From: a virus
Lineage: Duplodnaviria > Caudoviricetes
DNA: 26,414 bases
Direction: 5' to 3' (one strand)
IMG/VR virus record: IMGVR_UViG_3300048861_000047
Coordinates: 1-26,414 of that record
Under the pieces are notes generated by a model, which searched no databases, was not told where the DNA came from, and was given only the letters and a program-made list of their open reading frames with translations. Numbering within the stretch: position 1 is the first letter of the stretch; each line of letters starts with the position of its first letter. The translations under genes and the position numbers were made by a program. This document shows, piece after piece, positions 6,373-15,546 of this stretch.

Positions 6373-8958
6373 TTACAGCGACGGAGGCGGGATCTCATAC
6401 ACGTCCGACACATAATCCATCGCCGTGATTGTGAACTTCTGGTCCCCGGTTCTCTTGATACCCGCAATCCTGACCTTGATAGCATTCTTCGTCGACGACT
6501 GGTAGATATATCCAGCGTAAGAAGTAGGTGTGGCAGATAGAGCAGGAGACACCGAGGCAACACCGTTGCTGTACCCCGTAATATTTACAGTCTCGATCGC
6601 GTCGGTATCGTAAAGCTGTATCGTGTCGCCATTGCTGAACCCGACGGCACTCTCGACGGTTATCGAGTTTGCTCCTTTGTCTGTTATTGCAACATCGAGA
6701 TCACCCTTTACCGCTCGCATAACTCTCGGGGCCACATTGAATCCAGTGAGGCTAATCACGTTGCCCGAAACGTTGCTTACCGTGACCGTCTGCCGCCATA
6801 GAACAGGGTGAATCACCGTCAGCGTATATCCGCTAGACGCGGCAAAATCGTAATCCGATCGGTCGAGCTGCACGGCTGAGGACGTACCGCCGACGATAAG
6901 ACCACCGTTCGCCCACTGCGGAACGTCATGCTGCAACCAGGCGACGTTCCCGATACGCGAAATGATTCCCTGCGCTGGCGAGTCCCACGTGTGCGTGCGG
7001 AGCTTGAGCTTGTTCTCCAGTAACTTGTGGTAGGCCCAGTACCACGCCTGCTGCGTATTCGTGCAGCCGAAAAGGTTTACCCGACTACGCTTCAGCACCT
7101 CCGCCCCACCCTGATCTTCGGCAGTAATCACACGGAGTGGCGTACGCGTCTTATAGTCATCCGCCGCGTTCGCATAGTCGACCTCGATCTCCTGCGCGCG
7201 ATCCGAGAGGTTCAGATACTTCTTAGAGTAGCTGTCCTTCATGATGTTGCCGACATGGAACATTTGAACAGGATCTTCCGGCCTATCAAGGGCTACGCTC
7301 ACCTTTGTCCCGACTTGTATCGCCGTGGCGCGGCTCATCACGCAGACGCTCTGGAAAGCATCCCAGACCGTCCTGCCATCCTGGTCGAATGATCCGTTGA
7401 ACGTCGCGAGTTTCTGCGTGCCGCCATTGCCATCATTCACCTGGGAGTCGCAGAGATCGGCCCATTCCTGGAGCGCGTCGACGTCGATATTGCCGGTACT
7501 CGCCCCGCCACCCACCAGCGGGTCTGCATGGATGTCGTAAGCCACTATGGCAGGGTTGTCGTCGTTGTATGAAGCAAGCTGGGACGGTCGAGGAGCACGG
7601 GCGGCATATTCAACCTTGGCGCTTATCTGGAGATTGCTTCCGGAAAGCTGGCCCGTCGCCATCACACGCATTCCCAGCAGGATCATATTTGGATAGGCCA
7701 GGGCGTCGTAGCACGTCTCTTGTACCGACTCAATCCAGAGCTCGTCGCCGAACTTATTGGACTCGTGTTCAAAGGCGTCCATCGGGTTGTCGACAGCGCC
7801 GGACCCACGTTTCCGTACCTGGACGTCGTATAGCCCACGAGGGAGGCTGTCTATCGTCGTTATTTGGCGAAGAATTGTCTGCCGGACGTTTACATAAGCG
7901 TGCGAAGATCCGAGCACCCATGGCCCGAAGCTACTGCGGTCAGGAGAGACCAGGCGGTAGTAGATGTCATAGTAAATCGTGAGTCGCTGGATGTTGCCGC
8001 TGCCGTCGATACGCCACACACCCTGCGGAAACTGCACCACAATATCGAGCCGCTGAGTGTCCGGCCTCTGCCCTCGGCAGGTGATAAAGCTGCTGGTGAT
8101 GCCGCAGAGCACGCGCTGGGAGATGGGGTAGTTATTGACAATGCGATCGAATGCCGTGAACGGTTGCAAGTTCGGGGCTGTTCCATTCGTGGTCTGATTG
8201 ATGATCTGCCACGACGGGTCTGTAGCGGTCTGCGAGGTCTGAGTATTTGTACCTAAACGCGTAAAGTACGCGACGTCGGAATAGTTCGCGATGTCCTTAT
8301 CGTTGATGCGGATATCGGTGATCGACTTAGCAGGGCCAAACCCGAAGCACACGAGAATATTGATCCACGAGCGCCCGATATCATTTGCGCCGTCGTCGAG
8401 CTCGTGCTCGTCCTCGTCCGCATTCTGGAGATCCACCCAGCTCATGACAATATTTCCAGCCGAGCGCATCGTCCCGAAACCTTTAGGAATTGGAAGGCCA
8501 CTCTGGCCGGTAGTCTGCGGACCATTCCAGCCATAAGAAGGAACAGGCTTCTTTTGAAATAGCGACGAGATACCAGCTACCAGAAGATTCCCGCCGACGC
8601 TTATCAATGAAGCCGCGAGGGCCACACCCTGCGCCGTGGTAAGCGAGGTGAAGACACTGGCAGCTAAGAATGCTCCAAGTGGACCAGAGGCGAGGATTGC
8701 TGCTGCCGCTACGCCAAGCTGAGCGATAATTCGCAGCGTACTATTTTCGAGGCGTGGAACTACCGTTACGTGATCGTCCGGCCCGATTGTTTCCAGGCCG
8801 CGCTCTGGCGGAAGAATCTCGCCGTTCAGGCACAGGACATTGCGGCTCCGCTCAACGCCCAGCTCCTCGAGCTTAGCGTCGATCGTGGAGGCGTCGGCCT
8901 CGATTTCCGTTCTGTCTTTCGTTGGATCGAACGGATTCCGGCAAACTGTAAGCTTCAT
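6373..8958 (-). CDS. Tail tip protein, gpI-like N-terminus fused to a gpJ-like hub
   Basis: Ubiquitin/ThiS-like start (LNGE...DDHVTVVPR), hydrophobic helix, SYGWNGPQTT...GLPIPKGFG, then J-core motifs (YPNMILLGMRVMATGQLSG, NPAIVAYD, FNGSFD, FHVGNI). Confidence 0.88.
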   Translation of the reverse strand: MKLTVCRNPFDPTKDRTEIEADASTIDAKLEELGVERSRNVLCLNGEILPPERGLETIGPDDHVTVVPRLENSTLRIIAQLGVAAAAILASGPLGAFLAASVFTSLTTAQGVALAASLISVGGNLLVAGISSLFQKKPVPSYGWNGPQTTGQSGLPIPKGFGTMRSAGNIVMSWVDLQNADEDEHELDDGANDIGRSWINILVCFGFGPAKSITDIRINDKDIANYSDVAYFTRLGTNTQTSQTATDPSWQIINQTTNGTAPNLQPFTAFDRIVNNYPISQRVLCGITSSFITCRGQRPDTQRLDIVVQFPQGVWRIDGSGNIQRLTIYYDIYYRLVSPDRSSFGPWVLGSSHAYVNVRQTILRQITTIDSLPRGLYDVQVRKRGSGAVDNPMDAFEHESNKFGDELWIESVQETCYDALAYPNMILLGMRVMATGQLSGSNLQISAKVEYAARAPRPSQLASYNDDNPAIVAYDIHADPLVGGGASTGNIDVDALQEWADLCDSQVNDGNGGTQKLATFNGSFDQDGRTVWDAFQSVCVMSRATAIQVGTKVSVALDRPEDPVQMFHVGNIMKDSYSKKYLNLSDRAQEIEVDYANAADDYKTRTPLRVITAEDQGGAEVLKRSRVNLFGCTNTQQAWYWAYHKLLENKLKLRTHTWDSPAQGIISRIGNVAWLQHDVPQWANGGLIVGGTSSAVQLDRSDYDFAASSGYTLTVIHPVLWRQTVTVSNVSGNVISLTGFNVAPRVMRAVKGDLDVAITDKGANSITVESAVGFSNGDTIQLYDTDAIETVNITGYSNGVASVSPALSATPTSYAGYIYQSSTKNAIKVRIAGIKRTGDQKFTITAMDYVSDVYEIPPPSL

Positions 8959-9329
8959 CGTTCCCCCAGATATTCATAAAACCCGCCGAACTTTCTGCGC
9001 CAAATTCCGTTGTCGAGGTACTCGATGCAGACCTGGCCGATATCTTCGGCGGCGTGGATAAACTGACGACGGTTCAGCATGACGCCAACGTGATCCGAAC
9101 CCAGGAAGACTAGGCACCCACGAAACGGCTCTTCGACGCCGGTCCACCTCGAGGCGAGAATTGCCTGCATCGCAATCAGATTGCGCGCCCTGCTATCGAC
9201 AGTTTCGGGAACACGTATAGGGACACCGCGTCGCCGCATGAGCTCGACGACCAGTCCAGCACAGTCGAACCAGTCCGGACCTCGTCCGCCAAGCTTGTAC
9301 GGCTTCCCCACCAGGTCATCGACGGTCAC
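8955..9329 (-). CDS. NlpC/P60 tail assembly protein (gpK-like, NlpC domain only)
   Basis: GKPYKLGGRGPDWFDCAGL...DHVGV...FIHA. 4-nt overlaps with both neighbours. Confidence 0.9.
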   Translation of the reverse strand: MTVDDLVGKPYKLGGRGPDWFDCAGLVVELMRRRGVPIRVPETVDSRARNLIAMQAILASRWTGVEEPFRGCLVFLGSDHVGVMLNRRQFIHAAEDIGQVCIEYLDNGIWRRKFGGFYEYLGER

Positions 9330-9976
9330 TTGATCTGCACCGACCTCACGCCGTTCGAGTCGATACCGGGGAAGGCCCCAAAGCGTACCTGATTCGAGTG
9401 CGCCCTACATCCGTTGGCTCCATCGATCTGGAGCGAACAAGTAGCAATAGGCCCAACGTATCCACACTCGGCGGACTTGTACTGCCAGATGCAGCGATCG
9501 GGCGAGTAGGTGTGGCGCGGGTAAAGGATGCGGAACGGGCTAGCCGCTCCCAGCGTGAACACAACCTGCTTCGCGTTAGAGGTGCTCTCTGTGATGTCAA
9601 AGTAGAGCTCAATCTCGGGCTCACGCTTGAGGCGGGCGGCATTCACGATAAAGATCGCCACATTGCCACCGACGCCGCCGCCGAACTCCTCCAGCACCGC
9701 CTCCATGGCGCGATTGATATTCGAGCAGCGAACCGTCCATGTAGGAATAGAGCCATCCGACTTTTCTTCCAGCGCATCAAACTCCCACGAAAATGCTGTA
9801 TAAGGCTGCACGCCAGCGCCATCGCCGCAGTCAAAAGGGATATCGTCGGTATTCCGGACGAGCCGCAAAACCGAGCCATTTGGCCAGGCGATCTTTACGA
9901 GCGCATACCACGGCTCGGAACTGGCCAGCTTGCTCTTCTCAAGGTTCGCCGCAACGGAGATGTTGTTGAGGCTCAT
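9326..9976 (-). CDS. Minor tail protein, gpL-like
   Basis: C-terminal four-Cys motif CIWQYKSAECGY...C...C...RFGAFPG. ATG 9976 overlaps the upstream stop (ATGA). Confidence 0.88.
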   Translation of the reverse strand: MSLNNISVAANLEKSKLASSEPWYALVKIAWPNGSVLRLVRNTDDIPFDCGDGAGVQPYTAFSWEFDALEEKSDGSIPTWTVRCSNINRAMEAVLEEFGGGVGGNVAIFIVNAARLKREPEIELYFDITESTSNAKQVVFTLGAASPFRILYPRHTYSPDRCIWQYKSAECGYVGPIATCSLQIDGANGCRAHSNQVRFGAFPGIDSNGVRSVQIK

Positions 9977-10335
9977 ACTTCCTCGATTTCTATGGAGATT
10001 GTGAAGCGCTTCTCTCCACCTGCCCAGCCCTGGTCTTTGATCTCCGGCGGGCTCTTGAAGCGAACCGTGAGCACCTCGAGAGCCATGTTCGGGATGCGAC
10101 GATCGGTATAGGTGAACGAAGCCCACCCTCCAACCTGTCCATAGAAATCCCTTACCGTCTTACGGTCGAGAGCAGTGCAGTACTCGAACGGGATCTTTCG
10201 CGTCTCTCGGACTCGCACATATCGAGGCCTGGTGAAGATGAAGCCGTTCTCCATGTCGTCCCGGATTGTCGGGTCATCGAGCTTCTCCTCGACCGCCATT
10301 TTCGGAGCGCGAGAGAGTTGGGGAAAATCCGGCAT
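9973..10335 (-). CDS. Distal tail protein, gpM-like
   Basis: 120 aa, MENGFIFTRPR...FYGQVGGWASFTYTD...ISIEIEEV. Position upstream of L, K and J. Confidence 0.8.
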   Translation of the reverse strand: MPDFPQLSRAPKMAVEEKLDDPTIRDDMENGFIFTRPRYVRVRETRKIPFEYCTALDRKTVRDFYGQVGGWASFTYTDRRIPNMALEVLTVRFKSPPEIKDQGWAGGEKRFTISIEIEEV

Positions 10336-10371
10336 ATCCCACTTATCTCTCTATTGGCGAAAATCGGGGAA
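10336..10371 (-). promoter_or_regulatory. Conserved late-promoter element (M-L-K-J unit), leaderless; overlaps a divergent promoter
   Basis: TTCCCCGATTTTC-GCCAATAGAGA-GATAAG-TGGGAT-ATG. The opposite strand has TGG-CATGAT-N6-ATG in front of 10391. Confidence 0.65.
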
Positions 10372-10390
10372 ATCTTGGCATGATGCAGAC

Positions 10391-11110
10391 ATGGCGAACT
10401 TTTCGGTGAAAGTGGACATCAGCGGATTCGTGACAGGTCGGAGAAGCTTCGAGGAGAAGCAGCTCCCTTTCATCGTCGCGAAGACGCTTACCGACACGGC
10501 CAAGGACGCACAGGCCGCCGTACAGGGCAACGTTCGGCGCGCATTCAAGCTACGCAACAACTGGACGACTCAGGGTATCCGCATCAAACCCGCGAATAAG
10601 AACGGGCGGAATGGGAACATCGAGGCCGACGTTCACACCGACACAGCGAACCGAAAGACGGGAGCCCCCGACTACCTCGGACGGCAGGAAGACGGCGGGA
10701 CGAAGGTTCCTTACGGAAACCACGAATACCTGGCCGTTCCCACGAAGTACCTACACCAGATGGCTCCGGGTGTAATCCCAGCTGAGCTGAGGCCGCGCGC
10801 GCTGCTCGGCGCTGTCGGCGGCAGATTCACCGCCACCAACCGCAAAGGGCAGATCGCCCTGCGCAATCAGAAGGTCGTAAGAGGATTCGTCTTTTTCATC
10901 CAGAAGATGCACGGTGGAGATCTCGCTATCATGGGGCGGCCCTTCCATGAGCGATACGCCTATCCCTATTACCTGCTCATTCACAGCGCGCACGTGCGCC
11001 GATCGCAGATGGACCTGGGAAAGACGGTCGAGAAGATCGCAGAAGAGCGGTTTGCGCGGCACTGGGATCGGAACTGGCAGGCCGTGTATGCCAACGGCCT
11101 GCGCATCTGA
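10391..11110 (+). CDS. Tail-completion/neck protein (gpZ-like), inverted relative to the tail operon
   Basis: KQLPFIVAKTLTDTAKDAQAAV...RAF...WTTQGIRIKPANK...YLGRQEDGG and a basic composition resemble lambdoid gpZ-type proteins. No Z gene lies between the FII-like and U-like genes. Confidence 0.72.
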   Translation: MANFSVKVDISGFVTGRRSFEEKQLPFIVAKTLTDTAKDAQAAVQGNVRRAFKLRNNWTTQGIRIKPANKNGRNGNIEADVHTDTANRKTGAPDYLGRQEDGGTKVPYGNHEYLAVPTKYLHQMAPGVIPAELRPRALLGAVGGRFTATNRKGQIALRNQKVVRGFVFFIQKMHGGDLAIMGRPFHERYAYPYYLLIHSAHVRRSQMDLGKTVEKIAEERFARHWDRNWQAVYANGLRI

Positions 11111-11112
11111 GC

Positions 11113-13617
11113 TTATGAGCCGTTGAGAAGCTGCCGAACAATTCCACCATTGCCGAAGCTCTGACCGAACAGAGCCTCGAACTTATCCAGGTCGGAGCCT
11201 CCCTGCTTGGCGATATCTCCGATCTTGAGCTGAGCATCAGTGTCATTGACGAGCGTTACGGTAATGTTCATCCCGGTCCCCTTCGTGGAGCTTCCGCCGC
11301 CACGTGGCCCCTTAGCTAGTCCTGGAATCAATCCACCGAGCACCGAGCCGATACTAATACCCTTCGGCACCGCGCCAGGGTTCCCCGCCGTCTGCCCGTT
11401 CGGGAGCTGGCCTAACGGTCCGCCAGGCCCAGCAGGACCGTTAGGAATCGCGGCCGCCAGGAGACGCTCTATGTTTGGCTGAACGTACTGTTTATAGATG
11501 GCGTCACTCAGCGTCCTTTCCACGTCGCGGGCGAAACTCTCGAGCGCCTTTCGACCGCTGGCGATGTTGTCGAACAGACCCTCGAAAGCACCGCCCAGGC
11601 TCTCTCTCAAGTGCTGGGCGACATCGTTGATGGGATTATTCAACTCCTGGATACGCGACTGAAGATCTATAACCTTCTGCGTCGCGGCGAGGTCGCCGTC
11701 GTCCTCCGCGAGCCGTCGATACGCCTCAAGCACCGGCTGCAATGCCGCCGCCTCTTCCCGGTCTAACTCGATAGACTGCCGCCTTGCATCGAGCGAGGTA
11801 ATCAGCCCACGCGCCTGCGCACCCGCCACGCCCGCCCGGCGCGCCTCGATAGATGAGGAGCTGGCACCATAGGAAGCCTCCGCGCCCTGAGCGACGATCG
11901 TATCTCTGCGCGCCTTGTCGATCTGGTCGGCGTCGCCAACCTCGACAGAGTCGGCCCCATAGTTGCTCACCAGACCCTTACGCTCATTCGCATACTTGTC
12001 GTCGTTCTGCTTGAGCCGCGCCTCCACCGAAAGCCCATGCTGCGCCTCTACCTTGGCCGCCAGATCATCCGATGTAGTAAGGCGCTTCTGCTGGAGATCG
12101 TAGATGGCATGCTCAGATTCAATGCGAGTCTTAGCCGCATCGGTTTGAATCTTTGCAATCTCGCCCTCGATCTGGAGGCGCTTCGCCTGGAGCTCGGCTA
12201 TCTTTCCGGTGTCCTCGATGCCTTCAACGGTTCCCGCGCCCTTTTTTCTCTGGTCGGTCTGGAGCTTCGCTATTGCATCGGCGTTATCCTTCATCTTCGA
12301 TTTGGCCGCCGCGAGCTGCTCGTCAAACGCTTTGTTCTGTACCGCGAGCTTCTGCGCGTAGTAATCCGAATCGGAGACAAGCTGCTGCTTATGGTCAGAG
12401 TTCAACTGAGCGAGAGCGAGATCCTGTTCGTTGCGGGCCTTCTGCTGGCGGAGCGCCTGCGCCTGGTCGGCAAGTTTCAGGAGAGCCGCGTCGCGCTGCT
12501 TCTGTGCCGCCTCAATCTTTTCCTGCCCCGCAACATCCCCAGCGCCACCGAATGCACCACCGCTTCCCGGTTTTGGAGGAGATGTGGGCGGATTCTGATC
12601 TTGGAATTCTCGCTTAGGCCCGAACGCGATCGAGTGGAACTCCTCGGCCTGGGCCTGCAACTGCTTGGCGGCAGCGATATCCCTCCTACCAGCATCCGTT
12701 AGAGTGCCACCCTCTGATGCGCTGAACAGGAACTCCACCGCAGATGCGGCGCTGTAGACCACCTCCGCGACAAAGGCCATAACCTTCGCCACGTCCTGGC
12801 CCCACTCGATCAGAGTGTCACGGCTGCCCTTGCCTCCAGAAATTACATTCATCACCGCCTGAAGGCCCGGGAGCAACCCCTGCGTAAACGCCAGCTCCGC
12901 TCCCTGAATCTTCTGCTGCATACCCTTGAACTGCTTGTTCATTTGCTCCAATTGCTCGGCAGTTTCAGGAGACAAGAGCTTTCCGGAATCGGCTGTTTTC
13001 TGCTTGTAGTAATCGAAGTTTTGGCCGATGTTGACAAGGGTCTCAATCAGATCAGCGCCAGACTTTCCGAATAGACTCGTAGCGAGCTCGACCCTTCGTA
13101 TCGGGCTCTCAGTAGCCGCTATAGACTGAGAAACTCGCTTGAATGCGATCTCCGCGCCATCTGTCCGGTTCGCGAGCTCAGAGGCATTCAATCCGATAGC
13201 CGAAAGCGTGGCAGCGGCCTGCTTGTTCCCGTTGGCAGCGGCAGCGATGGTCTTATCCATCTTCGCAACTGCGCTCGATACGCCTTCAAAATCGGTACCG
13301 GCCTGCGTGGCCGCGTAACTCAGTACTGATAAAGTCTGGGTCGTTAGCCCGGTTTTCGTGGCCGCGTCATTGATCGACTCTCCGTACTCAAGAGACGACT
13401 TGACCATCTCCTTCAGGCCTTCGACCGCTTCCCGGACGCCGATCGCTATGCCGATCGTCTCAAGAGCCCGCTTGCCCCTCTCTCCAAGCTCATTGAGAGC
13501 GCTCTCGGTCTCATGCGCCCGTTGCTGGGTACGCTCGAGGTTCGCCTCGATCTGCTTGAACACCTTGTCGGTGTTGTCCTGCCCCGCAATGACGACAACT
13601 ACGCCTGAGTTTGCCAC
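11113..13617 (-). CDS. Tape measure protein (834 aa)
   Basis: Long Ala/Gln/Lys-rich helical ORF after the tail chaperones (ATKTGLTTQTLSVLSYAA, LFGKSGADL). GTG start at 13617 after GGAGG overlaps the upstream TAG. Confidence 0.92.
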   Translation of the reverse strand: MANSGVVVVIAGQDNTDKVFKQIEANLERTQQRAHETESALNELGERGKRALETIGIAIGVREAVEGLKEMVKSSLEYGESINDAATKTGLTTQTLSVLSYAATQAGTDFEGVSSAVAKMDKTIAAAANGNKQAAATLSAIGLNASELANRTDGAEIAFKRVSQSIAATESPIRRVELATSLFGKSGADLIETLVNIGQNFDYYKQKTADSGKLLSPETAEQLEQMNKQFKGMQQKIQGAELAFTQGLLPGLQAVMNVISGGKGSRDTLIEWGQDVAKVMAFVAEVVYSAASAVEFLFSASEGGTLTDAGRRDIAAAKQLQAQAEEFHSIAFGPKREFQDQNPPTSPPKPGSGGAFGGAGDVAGQEKIEAAQKQRDAALLKLADQAQALRQQKARNEQDLALAQLNSDHKQQLVSDSDYYAQKLAVQNKAFDEQLAAAKSKMKDNADAIAKLQTDQRKKGAGTVEGIEDTGKIAELQAKRLQIEGEIAKIQTDAAKTRIESEHAIYDLQQKRLTTSDDLAAKVEAQHGLSVEARLKQNDDKYANERKGLVSNYGADSVEVGDADQIDKARRDTIVAQGAEASYGASSSSIEARRAGVAGAQARGLITSLDARRQSIELDREEAAALQPVLEAYRRLAEDDGDLAATQKVIDLQSRIQELNNPINDVAQHLRESLGGAFEGLFDNIASGRKALESFARDVERTLSDAIYKQYVQPNIERLLAAAIPNGPAGPGGPLGQLPNGQTAGNPGAVPKGISIGSVLGGLIPGLAKGPRGGGSSTKGTGMNITVTLVNDTDAQLKIGDIAKQGGSDLDKFEALFGQSFGNGGIVRQLLNGS

Positions 13618-13799
13618 TATGCCTCCGCCTTGGCCCGCTTCTCGAGAACCTGCTGAAAGATCTGCTCCGCTATTTCGTTGGGGTAGAACTCTCCGCAATC
13701 GCTACAGATTGGATCGCAGCCGAGCATCAACTCGACATCATCCGGGAAAGTCTCCTCTTCACACTTTGGACACCAGGCCTGAATTATTCCGCTACGCAT
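13617..13799 (-). CDS. 60-aa zinc-ribbon protein
   Basis: MRSGIIQAWCPKCEEE...ICSDCGEFY..., two CxxC pairs. Start and stop overlap both neighbours. Confidence 0.7.
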   Translation of the reverse strand: MRSGIIQAWCPKCEEETFPDDVELMLGCDPICSDCGEFYPNEIAEQIFQQVLEKRAKAEA

Positions 13800-14175
13800 T
13801 CGCCTGCCTTCGCTTCTGCATTGCGTTGAATATTCGCGCCGCATCGCGCCGCGCGCGGGCGTCAGGATCGCGCTGAGGACGCTCTTTCTCGCCGAGCAAC
13901 TTTGCGACTGTAACCTTGTCCGGCTTGCAACCGGCAGCCACCAGCAAGTGCGAGAGCTCCCATGCGCGCTTACGCATGTCCACGGCCTGAACGTCGACCA
14001 GACCATCCAGCATCACGCGCCATTCCGCAAGCGTCGTGCGCCAGAAGACAGCAGGCGACAACTTGAGCTCGACGAGCCCGGCCTTTAGAACCTTGTGCCA
14101 GTTCCAGGCGTTTGCGCGGCTTCTCTTCCACGAGGCGCGTCCACCGCGACCGCGACGACCTCGACCTCTTCCCCC
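13792..14175 (-). CDS. Tail assembly chaperone, gpT-like segment, probably reached by a -1 frameshift
   Basis: The -1 frame is open from the G GGG GAA run (14175-14169) and reads WNWHKVLKAGLVELKLSPAVFWRTTLAEW. It has no good start of its own. Confidence 0.75.
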   Translation of the reverse strand, partial: GGRGRGRRGRGGRASWKRSRANAWNWHKVLKAGLVELKLSPAVFWRTTLAEWRVMLDGLVDVQAVDMRKRAWELSHLLVAAGCKPDKVTVAKLLGEKERPQRDPDARARRDAARIFNAMQKRRQANA

Positions 14176-14537
14176 GGTACACCGAAGCTCGCCAGCACCG
14201 CTTTCGTAACCGCATCGAGCACGTCCTGGCGATTGAACAGCCCGATAGAGCGCCTTAGCTCGATCTCTGTATCATCGCGCCCAGTATCCTCGCGGTCAGT
14301 AGAGAGCAAAGCAAAGAGAGTCGACACCTCATCCGCCGGAGGCAGCTTCTCGCGCCTGTAATAAGCAACTTTGCCGCCCTCGCGTACCGGCGTCCCGATA
14401 AACCTTTCGATCAGCCAGAGAACCCAGTGCTCTCCGCGCTGCTCATACAAAACCTGCCCGGCGTTCATATCGCAGGCAAGCTCCCGGCGCTGGCCTCCGA
14501 TATCCAAGCTCACCCGACCTGAAATTCCGTTCTTCAT
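14085..14537 (-). CDS. Tail assembly chaperone, gpG-like
   Basis: 150 aa directly after the tail tube gene; GAGGTG SD; begins VSLDIGGQRREL. Confidence 0.8.
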   Translation of the reverse strand: MKNGISGRVSLDIGGQRRELACDMNAGQVLYEQRGEHWVLWLIERFIGTPVREGGKVAYYRREKLPPADEVSTLFALLSTDREDTGRDDTEIELRRSIGLFNRQDVLDAVTKAVLASFGVPGEEVEVVAVAVDAPRGREAAQTPGTGTRF

Positions 14538-14554
14538 CCCATCACCTCATCTGC

Positions 14555-14591
14555 AAAAAATCGGGGTGCTCCTCGCCGAAAGAGCACCCCG
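14555..14591 (-). terminator. Intrinsic terminator/attenuator after the major tail protein
   Basis: CGGGGTGCTC...GAGCACCCCG stem followed by ATTTTTT on the minus strand. Confidence 0.8.
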
Positions 14592-14610
14592 CAGGAGAAA
14601 GCCGTAATGT

Positions 14611-15051
14611 TTAGGCGGGAGCGACGATTGAGCCCTTGGCCAGAGGTCCGCGACCATCGAACGTGATGTCCGCAGTCTGCGCGCCGCTGTTCGGAGACTT
14701 CATCGAATAGCCCGTTACGTTCACCACGCCGCTATAGAAGGTCTCTCCGACTGCATCCAGCGGGCGGAATTCGAGCGTAATATCGGTCGTACCGATAAGA
14801 GCGTCGTAGATGTCATCCTGGGATGCGTCATTGGTGAAGTAGTTCACCGTCGCGGTCCCGCTGAACGCCTTGAGCCCCGAGCCCGTATCCTTCCAGCCGT
14901 CTGTGTCGTGATCGCTGAAATCGATTGAGTCTGCCTTTACGTCGACCGTGATGTCGGTGACGTGAGCCAGCTTCGTCTTCGTCCCACTGCCGAGCGTGTA
15001 ATAGAGTTGCCCCTCATATCCACGCAGTTTTTTTGCCGCCGTACCCGCCAT
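14611..15051 (-). CDS. Major tail tube protein
   Basis: DSIDFSDHDTDGWKDTGSGLKAFSGT...YSGVVNVTGYS...TADITFDGRGPL is a typical siphovirus tube sequence. Confidence 0.9.
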   Translation of the reverse strand: MAGTAAKKLRGYEGQLYYTLGSGTKTKLAHVTDITVDVKADSIDFSDHDTDGWKDTGSGLKAFSGTATVNYFTNDASQDDIYDALIGTTDITLEFRPLDAVGETFYSGVVNVTGYSMKSPNSGAQTADITFDGRGPLAKGSIVAPA

Positions 15052-15054
15052 CCA

Positions 15055-15546
15055 CTACCCCCTCTGCGTGGGATCGCCACGCAATGTTGAAAACTCAAAT
15101 TGAAAGCCCATCTCCAGGCCGATCAGGTCGCGCCCCTCGGGCTGAAATACAGTTGCATGCCTCGACTCATCTGCGGCATTCACGTATCCGCCGAGCCTTC
15201 CGTCGTCACCCACAAGCTGCTGGATAGCAAACACGTAAAACGGGTCGAGCGATGAATCGTCGATCTCTACTCCCGACAACTCCGGGGAATCCCCGGTCTG
15301 TTGTGTTGCCGCGTCGACGATGGCGCGAACTGAGACCTGCAAGGTTCGCGATACCGACTCCCGGTCTGCGTAGTCACCTCCAACCCTCGAATCCTCATCG
15401 CCCGGCACTACCACGTAACACGGAAGATCCTTCTGGGATATTTGGTCCATGCGGGACCGGAACACGTTCTTTGCCGGGCTACCCTCGCCACCAAGGCGCG
15501 AGGCGACAGCCTGTAACACCTGCTCGCGAACCGATGAGGCGCTCAT
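15055..15546 (-). CDS. Tail terminator, gpU-like
   Basis: VREQVLQAVASRL...VFRSR...LPCYVV; sits just upstream of the tube gene. Confidence 0.78.
   Translation of the reverse strand: MSASSVREQVLQAVASRLGGEGSPAKNVFRSRMDQISQKDLPCYVVVPGDEDSRVGGDYADRESVSRTLQVSVRAIVDAATQQTGDSPELSGVEIDDSSLDPFYVFAIQQLVGDDGRLGGYVNAADESRHATVFQPEGRDLIGLEMGFQFEFSTLRGDPTQRG

Noticed and set aside
10175-10390. N-terminal extension of the plus-strand 311-aa ORF
   Set aside because: Antisense to gpM; the recognisable protein begins at ATG 10391.
10336-11113. Recombinase-invertible segment as the cause of the inverted gene
   Set aside because: No inverted repeats (only 2 nt separate the convergent stops) and no invertase in the window.
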